Source: a virus
Taxonomy: Duplodnaviria; Caudoviricetes
Virus record (IMG/VR): IMGVR_UViG_3300020109_001608
Span: 1-57,698 of that record
DNA: 57,698 nt
Strand: one strand, 5' to 3'
Positions 27,394-37,426 of this stretch are shown here, piece after piece (the stretch's first letter is position 1; the number at the start of each line of letters is the position of its first letter). A model generated the notes under the pieces. That model was given only the letters and a program-made list of their open reading frames with translations, did no database searches and was not told where the DNA came from. Made by a program: the position numbers and the translations under genes.

Positions 27394-28116
27394 ATGAAAA
27401 TATTCAAGTTCTTATCAGTAGATGCAAAAACTGGTATCTCAGTAGAAATTGAAAGATCACTAGAAGGACCAACACGACCAAATCTACCAGGAATTGGTGA
27501 AGTGTTCTATTTTGGTGGTTGGATGTATGCAGAGGCAGATGATACTGCCGAAGAAAATCCAGGTAATTACATCTTTGAAGTTACAGAAGCAGACTTTGAA
27601 GAAGCAATTCGTGGTGAATTTGAAGGCATCAAAACAGCAAGAATTGCAAATGCCTATGAAGAAGAAAGAGGCATTCGTGAAGCACTATTTGGTAATAAGT
27701 ATCATGGATCTGCTACGATTGCTGGTGTCTATAAGTATGAGCAAGCAAAAGCACTGTTAGATGATCCAACTGCTGATGCACCTGAAATCAAAGCAGAAGC
27801 AACTGCTAGGGGTGTATCTGCTGCTGTGATTGCACAAAGAATTGTTGATAATCACGAAGCATTTAGACTGAAAGAAGCAAAACTTGCAGGTCTTCGTGGT
27901 AAGATTGTTGATCGTCTACAAGCACTGACTTTTGATGAGACTGATGCACTTGGAAGTTGGAAAGAACTAACTGAAAGAACAGAAGTCATTGGAACACTTC
28001 CAGAAAGAGAAGGTGGTCCAGCACTAGCAAATAGACCAGAAGGCAATAATGATGTTAAAGTTGGATATTATTCACCAAGCTTAGGACTGCGCTGGGAATG
28101 GTTGAATAAGGGTTGA
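27394..28116 (+). CDS. Putative tail-fibre assembly chaperone-like protein
   Basis: KYEQAKALLDDPTADAPEIKAEATARGVS...LAGLRGK helical motif typical of genes next to fibre genes. Confidence 0.5.
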   Translation: MKIFKFLSVDAKTGISVEIERSLEGPTRPNLPGIGEVFYFGGWMYAEADDTAEENPGNYIFEVTEADFEEAIRGEFEGIKTARIANAYEEERGIREALFGNKYHGSATIAGVYKYEQAKALLDDPTADAPEIKAEATARGVSAAVIAQRIVDNHEAFRLKEAKLAGLRGKIVDRLQALTFDETDALGSWKELTERTEVIGTLPEREGGPALANRPEGNNDVKVGYYSPSLGLRWEWLNKG

Positions 28117-28120
28117 TGTT

Positions 28121-29254
28121 ATGATTACGTCAACGACGAGTGGTGTTTGGTTACTTGCGGATCAATATGCAAAGAATAATGCAGAAAGGTGGCGTCCTAG
28201 TGGATCTGCATTGTTTGCATGGGGATATAATGCCCAAGGACAACTAGGGCAAAATGATACAGTACCACGTTCATCACCAAGACAAATTCCAGGATCCGCA
28301 TGGAATGAAGTTAATGTGGGTCAATATAACATAATTGCTACTAAAACTGATAATACTTTATGGATTTCTGGTGATAATGCTTATGGGACTTTGGGATTAA
28401 ATGATATAGTACCACGTTCATCACCGGTGCAAGTCCCAGGAACCCAATGGAATAAAGTATCTTCGGGTGCTGTAATTACAGCAGCAACTAAAACTGATAA
28501 TACTTTATGGGTATGGGGAAATAATGATGTTGGACAACTGGGATTGAACAATACAGTACTTCGTTCATCACCTACACAAATTCCAGGAACACAATGGAAC
28601 CTGACTTGTGTTGGAGACCAATACATATATGCAATTAAAACCGATGGAACACTATGGGCATGGGGTAGAAATGGAAATGGTGCAATGGGGCAAAATGATA
28701 CATCCAATCGTTCCTCACCAGTACAAATTCCAGGAACACAATGGAATTCTTTAGCTGGTGGCGGAAGATATGCTGCCGGAGCATCAAAAACTGATGGAAC
28801 TTTATGGATGTGGGGATTTAATAATTATGGTTCCTTAGGACTGAACGACCGAGTAGCACGTTCATCACCAGTGCAAGTTCCGGGAACTCAATGGTCATTT
28901 AACTCCGTTTCTAGTATAGCATATTCTTATCAAACAGCATTAACAAAAACTGATGGAACATTATGGGTATGGGGACATAATGGTGAAGGTCAATTAGGAC
29001 AGAATGATCTAGTAACACGTTCATCACCAGTTCAAGTTCCAGGAACACAGTGGTCTAAATCTAGTTGTGGTGCAAGTATTACATTAGCAACCAAAACTGA
29101 TGGAACATTATGGGCATGGGCTGGATATGTCTATGGCGAAATCGCACAAAATAGTGTAGTAAGATATTCATCACCACAGCAAATTCCAGGAACACAGTGG
29201 ACTAGTTTCTCCGCAGGATATTATAGTGCAGCAGCAGTCAGACCTTCTTATTAA
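28121..29254 (+). CDS. RCC1/BLIP-II-like 7-bladed beta-propeller, short type 2
   Basis: Seven repeats; N-terminal SGVWLL..W.P. Confidence 0.88.
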   Translation: MITSTTSGVWLLADQYAKNNAERWRPSGSALFAWGYNAQGQLGQNDTVPRSSPRQIPGSAWNEVNVGQYNIIATKTDNTLWISGDNAYGTLGLNDIVPRSSPVQVPGTQWNKVSSGAVITAATKTDNTLWVWGNNDVGQLGLNNTVLRSSPTQIPGTQWNLTCVGDQYIYAIKTDGTLWAWGRNGNGAMGQNDTSNRSSPVQIPGTQWNSLAGGGRYAAGASKTDGTLWMWGFNNYGSLGLNDRVARSSPVQVPGTQWSFNSVSSIAYSYQTALTKTDGTLWVWGHNGEGQLGQNDLVTRSSPVQVPGTQWSKSSCGASITLATKTDGTLWAWAGYVYGEIAQNSVVRYSSPQQIPGTQWTSFSAGYYSAAAVRPSY

Positions 29255-29260
29255 CACTTT

Positions 29261-29848
29261 ATGAACCCTTTTGAACTTCTTATTATTCAACCAAATATCG
29301 TTCCGCAAGAACACATTCAACAACTTCTTCAACTAACCAATCAATCAACATCAAATGCAACGATTGGTTCTGGTGAAGAAAAAGTAGAATTAGAAACCAG
29401 ACATACGTTATGGTATCCAATACCATATCCAATGTTGCAGAACTTAAATTCTGCGATTATGTCTTGTTATAAATCTTATATGGAACCAATTTATCATTCA
29501 ACGATTAAAAACATTGAACCTGCCCAATTTCTTGGCTATCCTATTGGTGGTCATTATATTGAGCATAATGATTGTGAAAATTTTGAAGGTGGGAAATGGG
29601 TCAAAATTGCACCCAGAGATATTTCAATTCTATTTTATTTGAATGATAACTATACTGGTGGGGAACTAGAATTTACACAACTTGGTTTGACTATTAAACC
29701 AAAAACAGGTATGATGATAGCATTTCCATCCTATAAAGAATTTGCCCATAAAGTTCATCCAGTCAAAACTGGTATGAGATATTCACTTGTAAGTTGGTTA
29801 GAGACAGAGAAAAAAGTTTATGAAACAGTACGAAGAAAAAGGTTTTGA
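29261..29848 (+). CDS. 2OG-Fe(II) oxygenase, prolyl-4-hydroxylase-like
   Basis: HND, LFYLNDNYTGGELEF, AFPS..HKVHPVKTGMRYSLVSW. Confidence 0.88.
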   Translation: MNPFELLIIQPNIVPQEHIQQLLQLTNQSTSNATIGSGEEKVELETRHTLWYPIPYPMLQNLNSAIMSCYKSYMEPIYHSTIKNIEPAQFLGYPIGGHYIEHNDCENFEGGKWVKIAPRDISILFYLNDNYTGGELEFTQLGLTIKPKTGMMIAFPSYKEFAHKVHPVKTGMRYSLVSWLETEKKVYETVRRKRF

Positions 29849-30401
29849 AGTTAAGCAAGGATTTATTCCCCCATTTTTTGCACAATATCTGAGAAACTAT
29901 TTTGATCTTCTGAGAAAGAACGATCAAATTCCAAACAAAGGTGATGATCAGGTAGAAAAATCACTTGGGATTTATGGAGACCCTGCATTTGATATGTTGA
30001 TGTTGATGTGTCTTCCAGCAGTAGAACAGGTAGTAGGAAAAAAACTTCTACCAACTTATACCTATGCACGGATTTATTTTAAGGGTGCAGGACTTCTTCC
30101 GCATTTAGATCGTGAAGAATGTGAGCATTCAGTATCCCTGTCTTTAGGTGGAGAATATAATGCGCTTTGGCCCTTATGGTTTAAGAATGAAGATGCCCAA
30201 CCAGAACATGCTGCGATGGGTGAAGGTGATGCTGTAATCTATAAAGGTAATAAAGTTCATCATTGGAGAGATGAATTTGAAGGAACCACACAGTTCCAAG
30301 TCTTTATGCACTATGTTGAAGCAGAAGGAGAATATAAAAACAAACTGTTTGATACAAGACCTTACATTGGACTACCTGCTGGTACTAAAACTGAGTATTG
30401 A
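29820..30401 (+). CDS. 2OG-Fe(II) oxygenase-like protein
   Basis: PTYTYARIY..L.PHLDREECEHSVSL, GDAVIYKG..HWR, QVFMHYV. Confidence 0.8.
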   Translation: MKQYEEKGFEVKQGFIPPFFAQYLRNYFDLLRKNDQIPNKGDDQVEKSLGIYGDPAFDMLMLMCLPAVEQVVGKKLLPTYTYARIYFKGAGLLPHLDREECEHSVSLSLGGEYNALWPLWFKNEDAQPEHAAMGEGDAVIYKGNKVHHWRDEFEGTTQFQVFMHYVEAEGEYKNKLFDTRPYIGLPAGTKTEY

Positions 30402-30403
30402 CT

Positions 30404-31693
30404 ATGATTGCACAACTGATTATTGAACTGAGTGAAAAGGGTGAACCAAAGGCAGCAAAGGAACTAGCAAAAGCATATCTTAAACACCAAGCAGATCCAG
30501 AAATTCTTAATCTGCTTGGTAAACTGCATCATGATGATAAAGAATTTGATGAAGCACTGAAATGCATGAATGCACTTCAAGAAAGTCCTGGCGTAATCAT
30601 CAATAAGGCAAAGTGTCTTTATTATCTACGCAGAGCACCAGAAGCAGAAAAACTTCTTTTGAAACTTCCAAAAGATGTAAGAGAAGATCCTTTAACGCAA
30701 ATTGATCGTTCCCTGTACACGACTGCACAAGGTAAGTTTGATTTAAGTAAAAGAATTCTACAACCAATTGCTGATACAATTCCACAAGCAGCATTTAACT
30801 ACGGATGGTTTCTTCTGAATGAAGATTTCTTGAAAGGTTATGAATACATTCGTGCTGGGGCAAATCTTAAAGTCTGGGGACACGAATGGTTGCTGAAAGA
30901 AAAGTATGGTATTGATAAAGAACAACGTTGGAATGGTGAAACCGTAGATACGATCGCATATTATCTTGAAGGTGGTATGGGTGATGAAATGATCTTCATT
31001 CGCTATGCAAATCATTTCAAGAAGTATTGCAAGACACTGAAAATCTTTTGTACCAAATCCACAAAGTCATTGTTTGAAGCATGTGGATATGAAAATGTTT
31101 ATCTGCACGATGAAATTGTAAGAACCAAATGGACAAAGTTTGTTCCTGCAATGTCTGCACCTTATTTTCTTGGTCTATCTGGTCCTTGTGATGGCGTGGA
31201 ATTTCCTTATCTGCAAAAGAAAGCAAATCCGATTGCAGAAATGAATGATGTTGCGAAAGGACGTAAGAAGATTTGTATTCGTTGGAAAGGCAATCCACAG
31301 TTTGAACATGATCAATTCCGTAGTGTTCCAATTGAAAAACTTCTTGATCTTGATAAGTTTGGTCAGTTGTTTTCATTACAGATTGAAGACAGTGATCTAC
31401 CAAAAAATGCACCAGTATGGGATTTAAGTCATCTAATTCATGACTGGAATGATACTTATGATATCTTTGCAGAAAGTGATTTGGTGATTACATCTTGTAC
31501 TGCAACTGCTCATCTTGCAGGTGCAATGGGCACAAAAGTGATTGTCCTTCCACCATTAGTTCCTTACATTACATGGGCATCTGACGATATCAAATGGTAT
31601 GGTGATAACGTCACTGTATTGAAGCAGATGGAGTATAATAATTGGGATAAAACGATTGAGAGACTTTATGAGGTGGTAGAAAATGAATATTGA
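30404..31693 (+). CDS. TPR plus GT-B (GT9/heptosyltransferase-like) glycosyltransferase
   Basis: N-terminal TPR-like helices; EGGMGDEMIFIRY, WKGNP..D..RS, DLVITSCTATAHLAGAMG. Confidence 0.75.
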   Translation: MIAQLIIELSEKGEPKAAKELAKAYLKHQADPEILNLLGKLHHDDKEFDEALKCMNALQESPGVIINKAKCLYYLRRAPEAEKLLLKLPKDVREDPLTQIDRSLYTTAQGKFDLSKRILQPIADTIPQAAFNYGWFLLNEDFLKGYEYIRAGANLKVWGHEWLLKEKYGIDKEQRWNGETVDTIAYYLEGGMGDEMIFIRYANHFKKYCKTLKIFCTKSTKSLFEACGYENVYLHDEIVRTKWTKFVPAMSAPYFLGLSGPCDGVEFPYLQKKANPIAEMNDVAKGRKKICIRWKGNPQFEHDQFRSVPIEKLLDLDKFGQLFSLQIEDSDLPKNAPVWDLSHLIHDWNDTYDIFAESDLVITSCTATAHLAGAMGTKVIVLPPLVPYITWASDDIKWYGDNVTVLKQMEYNNWDKTIERLYEVVENEY

Positions 31694-32288
31694 AACTTAT
31701 AGTTTATTTCCAACAAACATTGTAAGAACTGACTTCAAAGGTTTTATTACACCTGAGGATCATTTCACAATGATGCAAAGTGTAGACATGTTGATTGAGA
31801 ATGGTGTCTATACTGATAATGAACTTACGCCAAAGTATCAGACATCAGTAATCCTATTTCATGATGATGCACCACCAATCTGGCAGAAGTTAAAGAAAAC
31901 ATTCTATCAGGCATGTTCTAATTATCTTCAAGCAACACCTGGTTTTACTGGTAATCAAGATGCACTTGAATTCACTGGTTCTGGTGCATGGTGTTATAAA
32001 GGATGGAAGGGACTTAATCAAACACAAACGAACCCATGGCATCATCATAACCCATCATTTCTTTCAGGTGTCTATTATCTAAAAGTCCCTGGTGATTGGT
32101 CTACGGGTGGTACAGAATTTCATGATCCAAGAACTGCACCAGCACAAGCAACACAAAATCAATGCATAGCACCACAGGAATATACTTGGATTATCTTTCC
32201 TGGTTGGTTATCGCATAAAAGCAATTATGTAGATACTGAGGATCCACGTTATGTAATTGCAGCAAATATGTATGTAAAGGTACGATGA
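31683..32288 (+). CDS. 2OG-Fe(II) oxygenase (TIGR02466-like)
   Basis: LFPT, HHH..FLSGVYYL, F.DPR, IFPGWLSH, RYVIAAN. Confidence 0.82.
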   Translation: MNIETYSLFPTNIVRTDFKGFITPEDHFTMMQSVDMLIENGVYTDNELTPKYQTSVILFHDDAPPIWQKLKKTFYQACSNYLQATPGFTGNQDALEFTGSGAWCYKGWKGLNQTQTNPWHHHNPSFLSGVYYLKVPGDWSTGGTEFHDPRTAPAQATQNQCIAPQEYTWIIFPGWLSHKSNYVDTEDPRYVIAANMYVKVR

Positions 32289-32953
32289 AAAGAGCAATTT
32301 TTACTTTCTATAATTTTTCAATCGATCCAGAAGTAATTAGACTTCAACAAGAAGTCATTCAAAAATTCAATCACACAGCACAGTTTCTTCCACTATGTTC
32401 ACAAACACGCGGGGAAGAAGTCATGCATCCACAAGCCGTTGACTATGGACTGAATGAACTATTCGTCAATCAGCAATGTGATACGGTTCTTCTGTTGGAT
32501 GTTGATTGTATTCCAGTAAATCAATATGCACTGGAATATACATTTGATCAAGCAGAAAAAGGAAAGTTAGTGGGTAATGCACAAATTGGTGCTCATCTAC
32601 AAAATCCAGAACACATGTATGTTGCTCCTTCTGCTTTTTGTTTAACTAGACAAATGTATGAAGACTTTGGTAGAATGACTGTGCAACCAGATCACATCAA
32701 TGCTGATACCTGTGGATATTATACAATTGAAGCAGAAAAGCGTGGACTTGAAGTAGAATTCTATATGCCCACACACTTTCAACGTCGTCCAAGAAATACA
32801 GTTTGGGATTTAGGTCAAGGTCGTGGTGAATTTGGTATTGGTACAACGTATTCAAATCATCTTGGTGTGAATATGTTCTATCATCTATTTGAAAGTCGTT
32901 TGAATGTCTACAATTGCCTCTTCTATGATAAATGCGATGAACTACTGAAATGA
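32285..32953 (+). CDS. Putative GT-A fold glycosyltransferase
   Basis: VLLLDVDCIP DxD motif; glycosylation-island context. Confidence 0.55.
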   Translation: MKRAIFTFYNFSIDPEVIRLQQEVIQKFNHTAQFLPLCSQTRGEEVMHPQAVDYGLNELFVNQQCDTVLLLDVDCIPVNQYALEYTFDQAEKGKLVGNAQIGAHLQNPEHMYVAPSAFCLTRQMYEDFGRMTVQPDHINADTCGYYTIEAEKRGLEVEFYMPTHFQRRPRNTVWDLGQGRGEFGIGTTYSNHLGVNMFYHLFESRLNVYNCLFYDKCDELLK

Positions 32954-33546
32954 CTTATACTTACCTAGATGCTTGTGTAGAAAATCCAAGAACAGTTGAT
33001 CTTGGAAATGATATGTATGCAATTGAATTCTGGAAACCAGAATTCTGCAAAGAACTGATTAACATCGCAGAAAGCATTGGTGGGTTTTCTAGTGTTCCTG
33101 GTGATCCTGTTTATGGTCAAGAACTACGTATTACACAAATCAGTGACTTGTTTTATAAGAACTATTGTGAACACTGGAAACGTGTAGTATCCCCATTTCT
33201 AGATGAAAAGTTTGGTCTTCCAAGTGAACAATGGTTTACTGGTTGGAAAGTTCCATTCATCATTAAGTATTCAATGGACAGTCAACGTTCATTAAGAATT
33301 CATGCTGATGATAGCTTGATTACTGGTACAATCAGATTGAATGATGAATACACTGGTGGTGAACTGATTTATCCACGTCAGAATTTTAGTAATAAAGATG
33401 TACCTGTGGGAACAATGATCATTGCCCCATCCATTGTGACGCATTTGCATTATAGTAGTGAACTTCAAAGTGGTATGAAGTATTCGTTTGTATCATGGAC
33501 AAAACTAAATAAGAAAGATAACGGGATTAACTTCGCAGAAGTCTAA
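32950..33546 (+). CDS. 2OG-Fe(II) oxygenase, lysyl hydroxylase (PLOD) catalytic-domain-like
   Basis: FIIKYSMDSQRSLRIHADDS..LNDEYTGG..P..THLH...G.KYSFVSW resembles the PLOD C-terminal pattern FVVRY..Q.SL.PHHDSS...THYH. Confidence 0.78.
   Translation: MTYTYLDACVENPRTVDLGNDMYAIEFWKPEFCKELINIAESIGGFSSVPGDPVYGQELRITQISDLFYKNYCEHWKRVVSPFLDEKFGLPSEQWFTGWKVPFIIKYSMDSQRSLRIHADDSLITGTIRLNDEYTGGELIYPRQNFSNKDVPVGTMIIAPSIVTHLHYSSELQSGMKYSFVSWTKLNKKDNGINFAEV
33506..33511 (+). promoter_or_regulatory. Late promoter TAAATA
   Basis: CTAAATA inside the end of the PLOD-like gene, about 35 nt before propeller gene 33546. Confidence 0.55.
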
Positions 33547-34661
33547 TGGGAATAAGACAAAACACTTGGAACCTAGGTGGACATTATGACTTAACCAATA
33601 GTGGGCAGAATGCTTATGTTGGAAGTATTTTATTATTTGCTTGGGGTGGTAATGGACTTGGGCAATTAGGACAAAATGCTAGAGCATATCGTTCATCACC
33701 AGTTCAAATTCCAGGAACACAATGGAATACAATTTCTGCGACTTATTATATGACACTAGCGACAAAAACCGATGGAACTTTATGGACATGGGGTAGAAAC
33801 CAATTTGGACAATTAGGACAAAATAATACAACATATCATTCATCACCAGTTCAAATTCCAGGAACACAATGGAGTTTGGCTACTGGAGGGGCTTTTCACA
33901 CAGTGGCGACTAAAACAGATGAAACTTTATGGGCATGGGGATACAATCAATATGGTAATTTAGCACAAAACAACAAAGTAAATTATTCATCACCAAGACA
34001 AATTCCAGGAACACAGTGGTCTCGCATTGCTAGTAGTAATTATCAATCGCTATTAGCAACCAAGACTGATGGAACGTTGTGGTCATGGGGATATAATTAT
34101 AATGGAGTGTTGGGACAAAATAATACGATAAATCGTTCGTCACCAGTACAAATTCCAGGAACACAATGGAATAAAGTTTCTGTTGGTAGATATCATATGC
34201 TAGCAACCAAAACTGATGGAACTTTATGGACATCGGGTCGTAATAATCGAGGACAATTAGGACAAAATGATAGAACATATCGTTCATCACCAATTCAAGT
34301 CCCAGGAACACAATGGAATTCGATTGCTAGTAGTAATTATCAGTCATTAACAACAAAAACTGATGGAACTTTATGGTCATGGGGATTTAATAGTAGTGGA
34401 CAATTGGGACAAAACAATCAAACATATTATTCATCACCAGTACAAATTCCAGGAACACAATGGAATAATATTCAAGCTTATTATCTAACTAACATTGCCA
34501 CAAAAACCGATAGTACGTTATGGGCATGGGGAGGTAACAGTTTTGGACAATTAGGACAAAATAATCTAACACAATATTCATCACCAGTACAAATTCCAGG
34601 GACATCATGGAATTCGATTGCTAGTGGTGCTTATCATTCATTAGCAATCCAACAACAATAA
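33546..34661 (+). CDS. RCC1/BLIP-II-like 7-bladed beta-propeller, short type 3
   Basis: Seven repeats; N-terminal NTWNL peptide. Confidence 0.88.
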   Translation: MGIRQNTWNLGGHYDLTNSGQNAYVGSILLFAWGGNGLGQLGQNARAYRSSPVQIPGTQWNTISATYYMTLATKTDGTLWTWGRNQFGQLGQNNTTYHSSPVQIPGTQWSLATGGAFHTVATKTDETLWAWGYNQYGNLAQNNKVNYSSPRQIPGTQWSRIASSNYQSLLATKTDGTLWSWGYNYNGVLGQNNTINRSSPVQIPGTQWNKVSVGRYHMLATKTDGTLWTSGRNNRGQLGQNDRTYRSSPIQVPGTQWNSIASSNYQSLTTKTDGTLWSWGFNSSGQLGQNNQTYYSSPVQIPGTQWNNIQAYYLTNIATKTDSTLWAWGGNSFGQLGQNNLTQYSSPVQIPGTSWNSIASGAYHSLAIQQQ

Positions 34662-34667
34662 TAAATA
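34662..34667 (+). promoter_or_regulatory. Late promoter TAAATA
   Basis: Immediately after the stop codon, upstream of the sulfotransferase. Confidence 0.65.
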
Positions 34668-34688
34668 CATCAAACAACATTCTTCATT

Positions 34689-35522
34689 ATGCAACAACTT
34701 CATTACTGTCTGGGACTGCCCAGAACTTGCTCATCAGTGATCATGAACATCCTGAATGAGAACCCAAGATTTTTCACAACTGGTACTTGTCCATTACCTT
34801 ATCTTGTAAGTGCTTGCAGAGACATTTCCACGCAAGTCAGCGAGTTCATTGCACTAGACAAAGACGTTCTTAACGATGCATATCTAAACTTTCTGCGACA
34901 AGGATTTCGTGGATGGTTTGAGACAATGACTGATAAACCAGTTGTTATATCCAAGTCAAGAGTATGGGCAGAATATCTAACCCATACTTTCGCACTTAAT
35001 CCAAATTCAAAGTATCTGTATATTGTAAGAGATCTTAGGGACATTATTTGTTCTTTTGAGACACTACTGCATAAGTATCCCAATATCATCATTGGAGATA
35101 CCCAGATGCCCTTCCAGCACAATACATTTGAGAAGCGAATGGAATTGTACTGTACGGATGGAATGGCGAACCTAGGGCGTCCTTTACACATGCTTCCACA
35201 TGTTGTTGAAGTCGCACAAAAGCATCCAGATAACTTCTTCTTCCTGAGACACGAAGACTTCAACGAAAATCCAAGAGGAACATTCCAGCTGATTTATCAA
35301 TGGTTAGGTGAAGAATATTTTGAACATGATTTTGAAAATATTCCTAAACCTGATTACTATGAGCACGATACTGTTTATCGTTCCATGGTAACGCACAAGA
35401 CAGGAACAAAACTGAAAAAGTTAGAACCACGTTGGCCAAAGATGATGACGCCTGAACAGTCACAATTGGTCATTCAAAACAACCTAACATACTATCAACA
35501 GTTCTATCCTGAACTTGTATGA
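34689..35522 (+). CDS. Sulfotransferase
   Basis: GLPRTCSS (5'-PSB loop), KSR.W, VRDLRDIICSF (3'-PB), RHEDF..NP. Confidence 0.82.
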   Translation: MQQLHYCLGLPRTCSSVIMNILNENPRFFTTGTCPLPYLVSACRDISTQVSEFIALDKDVLNDAYLNFLRQGFRGWFETMTDKPVVISKSRVWAEYLTHTFALNPNSKYLYIVRDLRDIICSFETLLHKYPNIIIGDTQMPFQHNTFEKRMELYCTDGMANLGRPLHMLPHVVEVAQKHPDNFFFLRHEDFNENPRGTFQLIYQWLGEEYFEHDFENIPKPDYYEHDTVYRSMVTHKTGTKLKKLEPRWPKMMTPEQSQLVIQNNLTYYQQFYPELV

Positions 35523-36178
35523 ATTTTTTGAATTCTTATGAAACCATTGTGGAGAGTGCATACATCATCACCCTTCCAGGCAATGAAACATCAGAAAAAC
35601 TTACACAGCAATGTGTTGCATCCTGTGAAGCAGTAGGACAACCCTACAAACTTTGGGAAGGATTTAATGGACGTTCTGGGGAAATACAAGTACCCAAGCA
35701 CCTAGAAGGTCAAGCGTTCATTAACTTTTTACGTCTTCATAATCAATTGATGACGCCAACACAAATTGCTGTGTTTTACAGTCACTATTCACTGTGGTGT
35801 CTTTGTGTAGATATTGATCGTCCTATTGTAATTCTTGAACATGATGCAGTGATGGAAAAACCATATCTGTTTCATAAGTATTACAACAATATCGTTTACC
35901 TTGGTTCAAGTGAGCAGAAGTTTCAAGGAGCAGAAGTCATTTCCATTCCACCCCATGCAACAGATCATAATGGTATGTGGAGATTTATTTGTAGAGCACA
36001 TGCTTATGCGATTGATCCAGCAGTTGCGAAGAATATGATTTCTTATGTAATTCAACAGGGAATTACTACAACACTAGACGTAATTCTTCGTGCTGATATT
36101 GTTCCAATTGTGCAAGAAGGTATCTATGCTTATGATCATAATCATGGTCTTTCAACAATTCATAAGGAGTGGATATGA
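35519..36178 (+). CDS. Glycosyltransferase family 25-like
   Basis: AYIITL, SHYSLW..C....PIVILEHDA, AHAYAIDP.A. Confidence 0.78.
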   Translation: MNFLNSYETIVESAYIITLPGNETSEKLTQQCVASCEAVGQPYKLWEGFNGRSGEIQVPKHLEGQAFINFLRLHNQLMTPTQIAVFYSHYSLWCLCVDIDRPIVILEHDAVMEKPYLFHKYYNNIVYLGSSEQKFQGAEVISIPPHATDHNGMWRFICRAHAYAIDPAVAKNMISYVIQQGITTTLDVILRADIVPIVQEGIYAYDHNHGLSTIHKEWI

Positions 36179-36705
36179 ATACACTTGATGTACAGAAAGT
36201 CAAGAAAGAACTTCCAGTTTTTACAACTATTCTTGAAGATCATGTTGAATTAAACAGATACTTAAAGCAGGTTATTATTGAGCATCGGCAGTTGCATCCA
36301 GAAACTAATGAAAGTAATGTTAAAGCCTGGCATTCTAGTTGGGTTACCCATAAAGAAAATCCAAAGTTTCAACCATTCATTGAATTAGTTTTAAGTGCTT
36401 GTTCTTTTGTGTCCAAAGGATATTTTGAACAAGACATGAAGTTTAAGTGCTTCAATATGTGGGCAATGCAGTATGAAAAGGGTGAATATGCAGTCAGGCA
36501 TTCACATTATCCTTCTGACTTTGCATGTGCATATTATGTGGATGTAGAACCAGGATGTTCACCGATTGTCTTTGAGGGGGACTTGAAAGTTTATCCAAAA
36601 AATGGTATGCTGGTATTATTCCCAGCACTATTGCATCATGAAGTTCCACCAACTGATGCACGAAGAATGGTTATCTCTATGAATATTGATAAAGAATATG
36701 TCTAA
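36175..36705 (+). CDS. 2OG-Fe(II) oxygenase (TIGR02466-like)
   Basis: SNVKAWHS, MW..Y..G...HSH...AYYV, LFPALLHHEVP, RMVISMN. Confidence 0.8.
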   Translation: MNTLDVQKVKKELPVFTTILEDHVELNRYLKQVIIEHRQLHPETNESNVKAWHSSWVTHKENPKFQPFIELVLSACSFVSKGYFEQDMKFKCFNMWAMQYEKGEYAVRHSHYPSDFACAYYVDVEPGCSPIVFEGDLKVYPKNGMLVLFPALLHHEVPPTDARRMVISMNIDKEYV

Positions 36706-37426
36706 CTCAATAGAAAATCCAGTTATTATTGCACATGATGCACCGATCATTAATCCTTATGAAGGATTTGATTATACTCAATATCCTTTTGATATTGGTG
36801 CTTTCTGGGAATATTTTGGCGGAAGAGTTCCAACTAATACTTTTGAAGATTGTCATCCTGTTTTTGAACGTTTAATTGCAGAAATTAAACCACAATTAAT
36901 TCTTGAAGTTGGAACTTATAAGGGTAAGAGTGCATTGCACATGGCTAATTTGACCAAGAAGTATCAAATACCTGCAAAAGTGGTTTGTATTGATACTTGG
37001 TTAGGTTCTGCTGAACATTATTTTTCTGAAGATTTGAAGCGACTAAATGGATATCCAACACTGTATTATCAGTTCCTTGCAAATGTAATACACACAAACA
37101 ATCAAGACGTGATTGTGCCCATTCCACTGGATAGTTTCAGTGAGTATCGCATTCTAAAAGAGAATGGTACAAAGGCAGACATGATCTTTATTGATGCTGG
37201 ACACTTTTATGAAAGCGTTGCGCTAGACATTAAATTGTACTGGGAACTACTGAAACCAGGTGGCGTCATGCTTGGTGATGACTATTGTGAAAAAACATGG
37301 CCTGATGTTGTTCGTGCTGTTCATGAGTTCTTTCCCAATGATCAGGTTTATGTTGATGATGGGAAGTGGTGGGTATATAAAAAAGTAGAACCCGTAAGTG
37401 TTCCAAATAAATCTTGGAGTTGGTGA
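36698..37426 (+). CDS. Class I SAM-dependent methyltransferase (Methyltransf_24-like)
   Basis: ILEVGTYKGKSA, CIDTWLGS, IFIDAGH.Y..V..D, LKPGGVMLGDDY. Confidence 0.85.
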   Translation: MSNSIENPVIIAHDAPIINPYEGFDYTQYPFDIGAFWEYFGGRVPTNTFEDCHPVFERLIAEIKPQLILEVGTYKGKSALHMANLTKKYQIPAKVVCIDTWLGSAEHYFSEDLKRLNGYPTLYYQFLANVIHTNNQDVIVPIPLDSFSEYRILKENGTKADMIFIDAGHFYESVALDIKLYWELLKPGGVMLGDDYCEKTWPDVVRAVHEFFPNDQVYVDDGKWWVYKKVEPVSVPNKSWSW

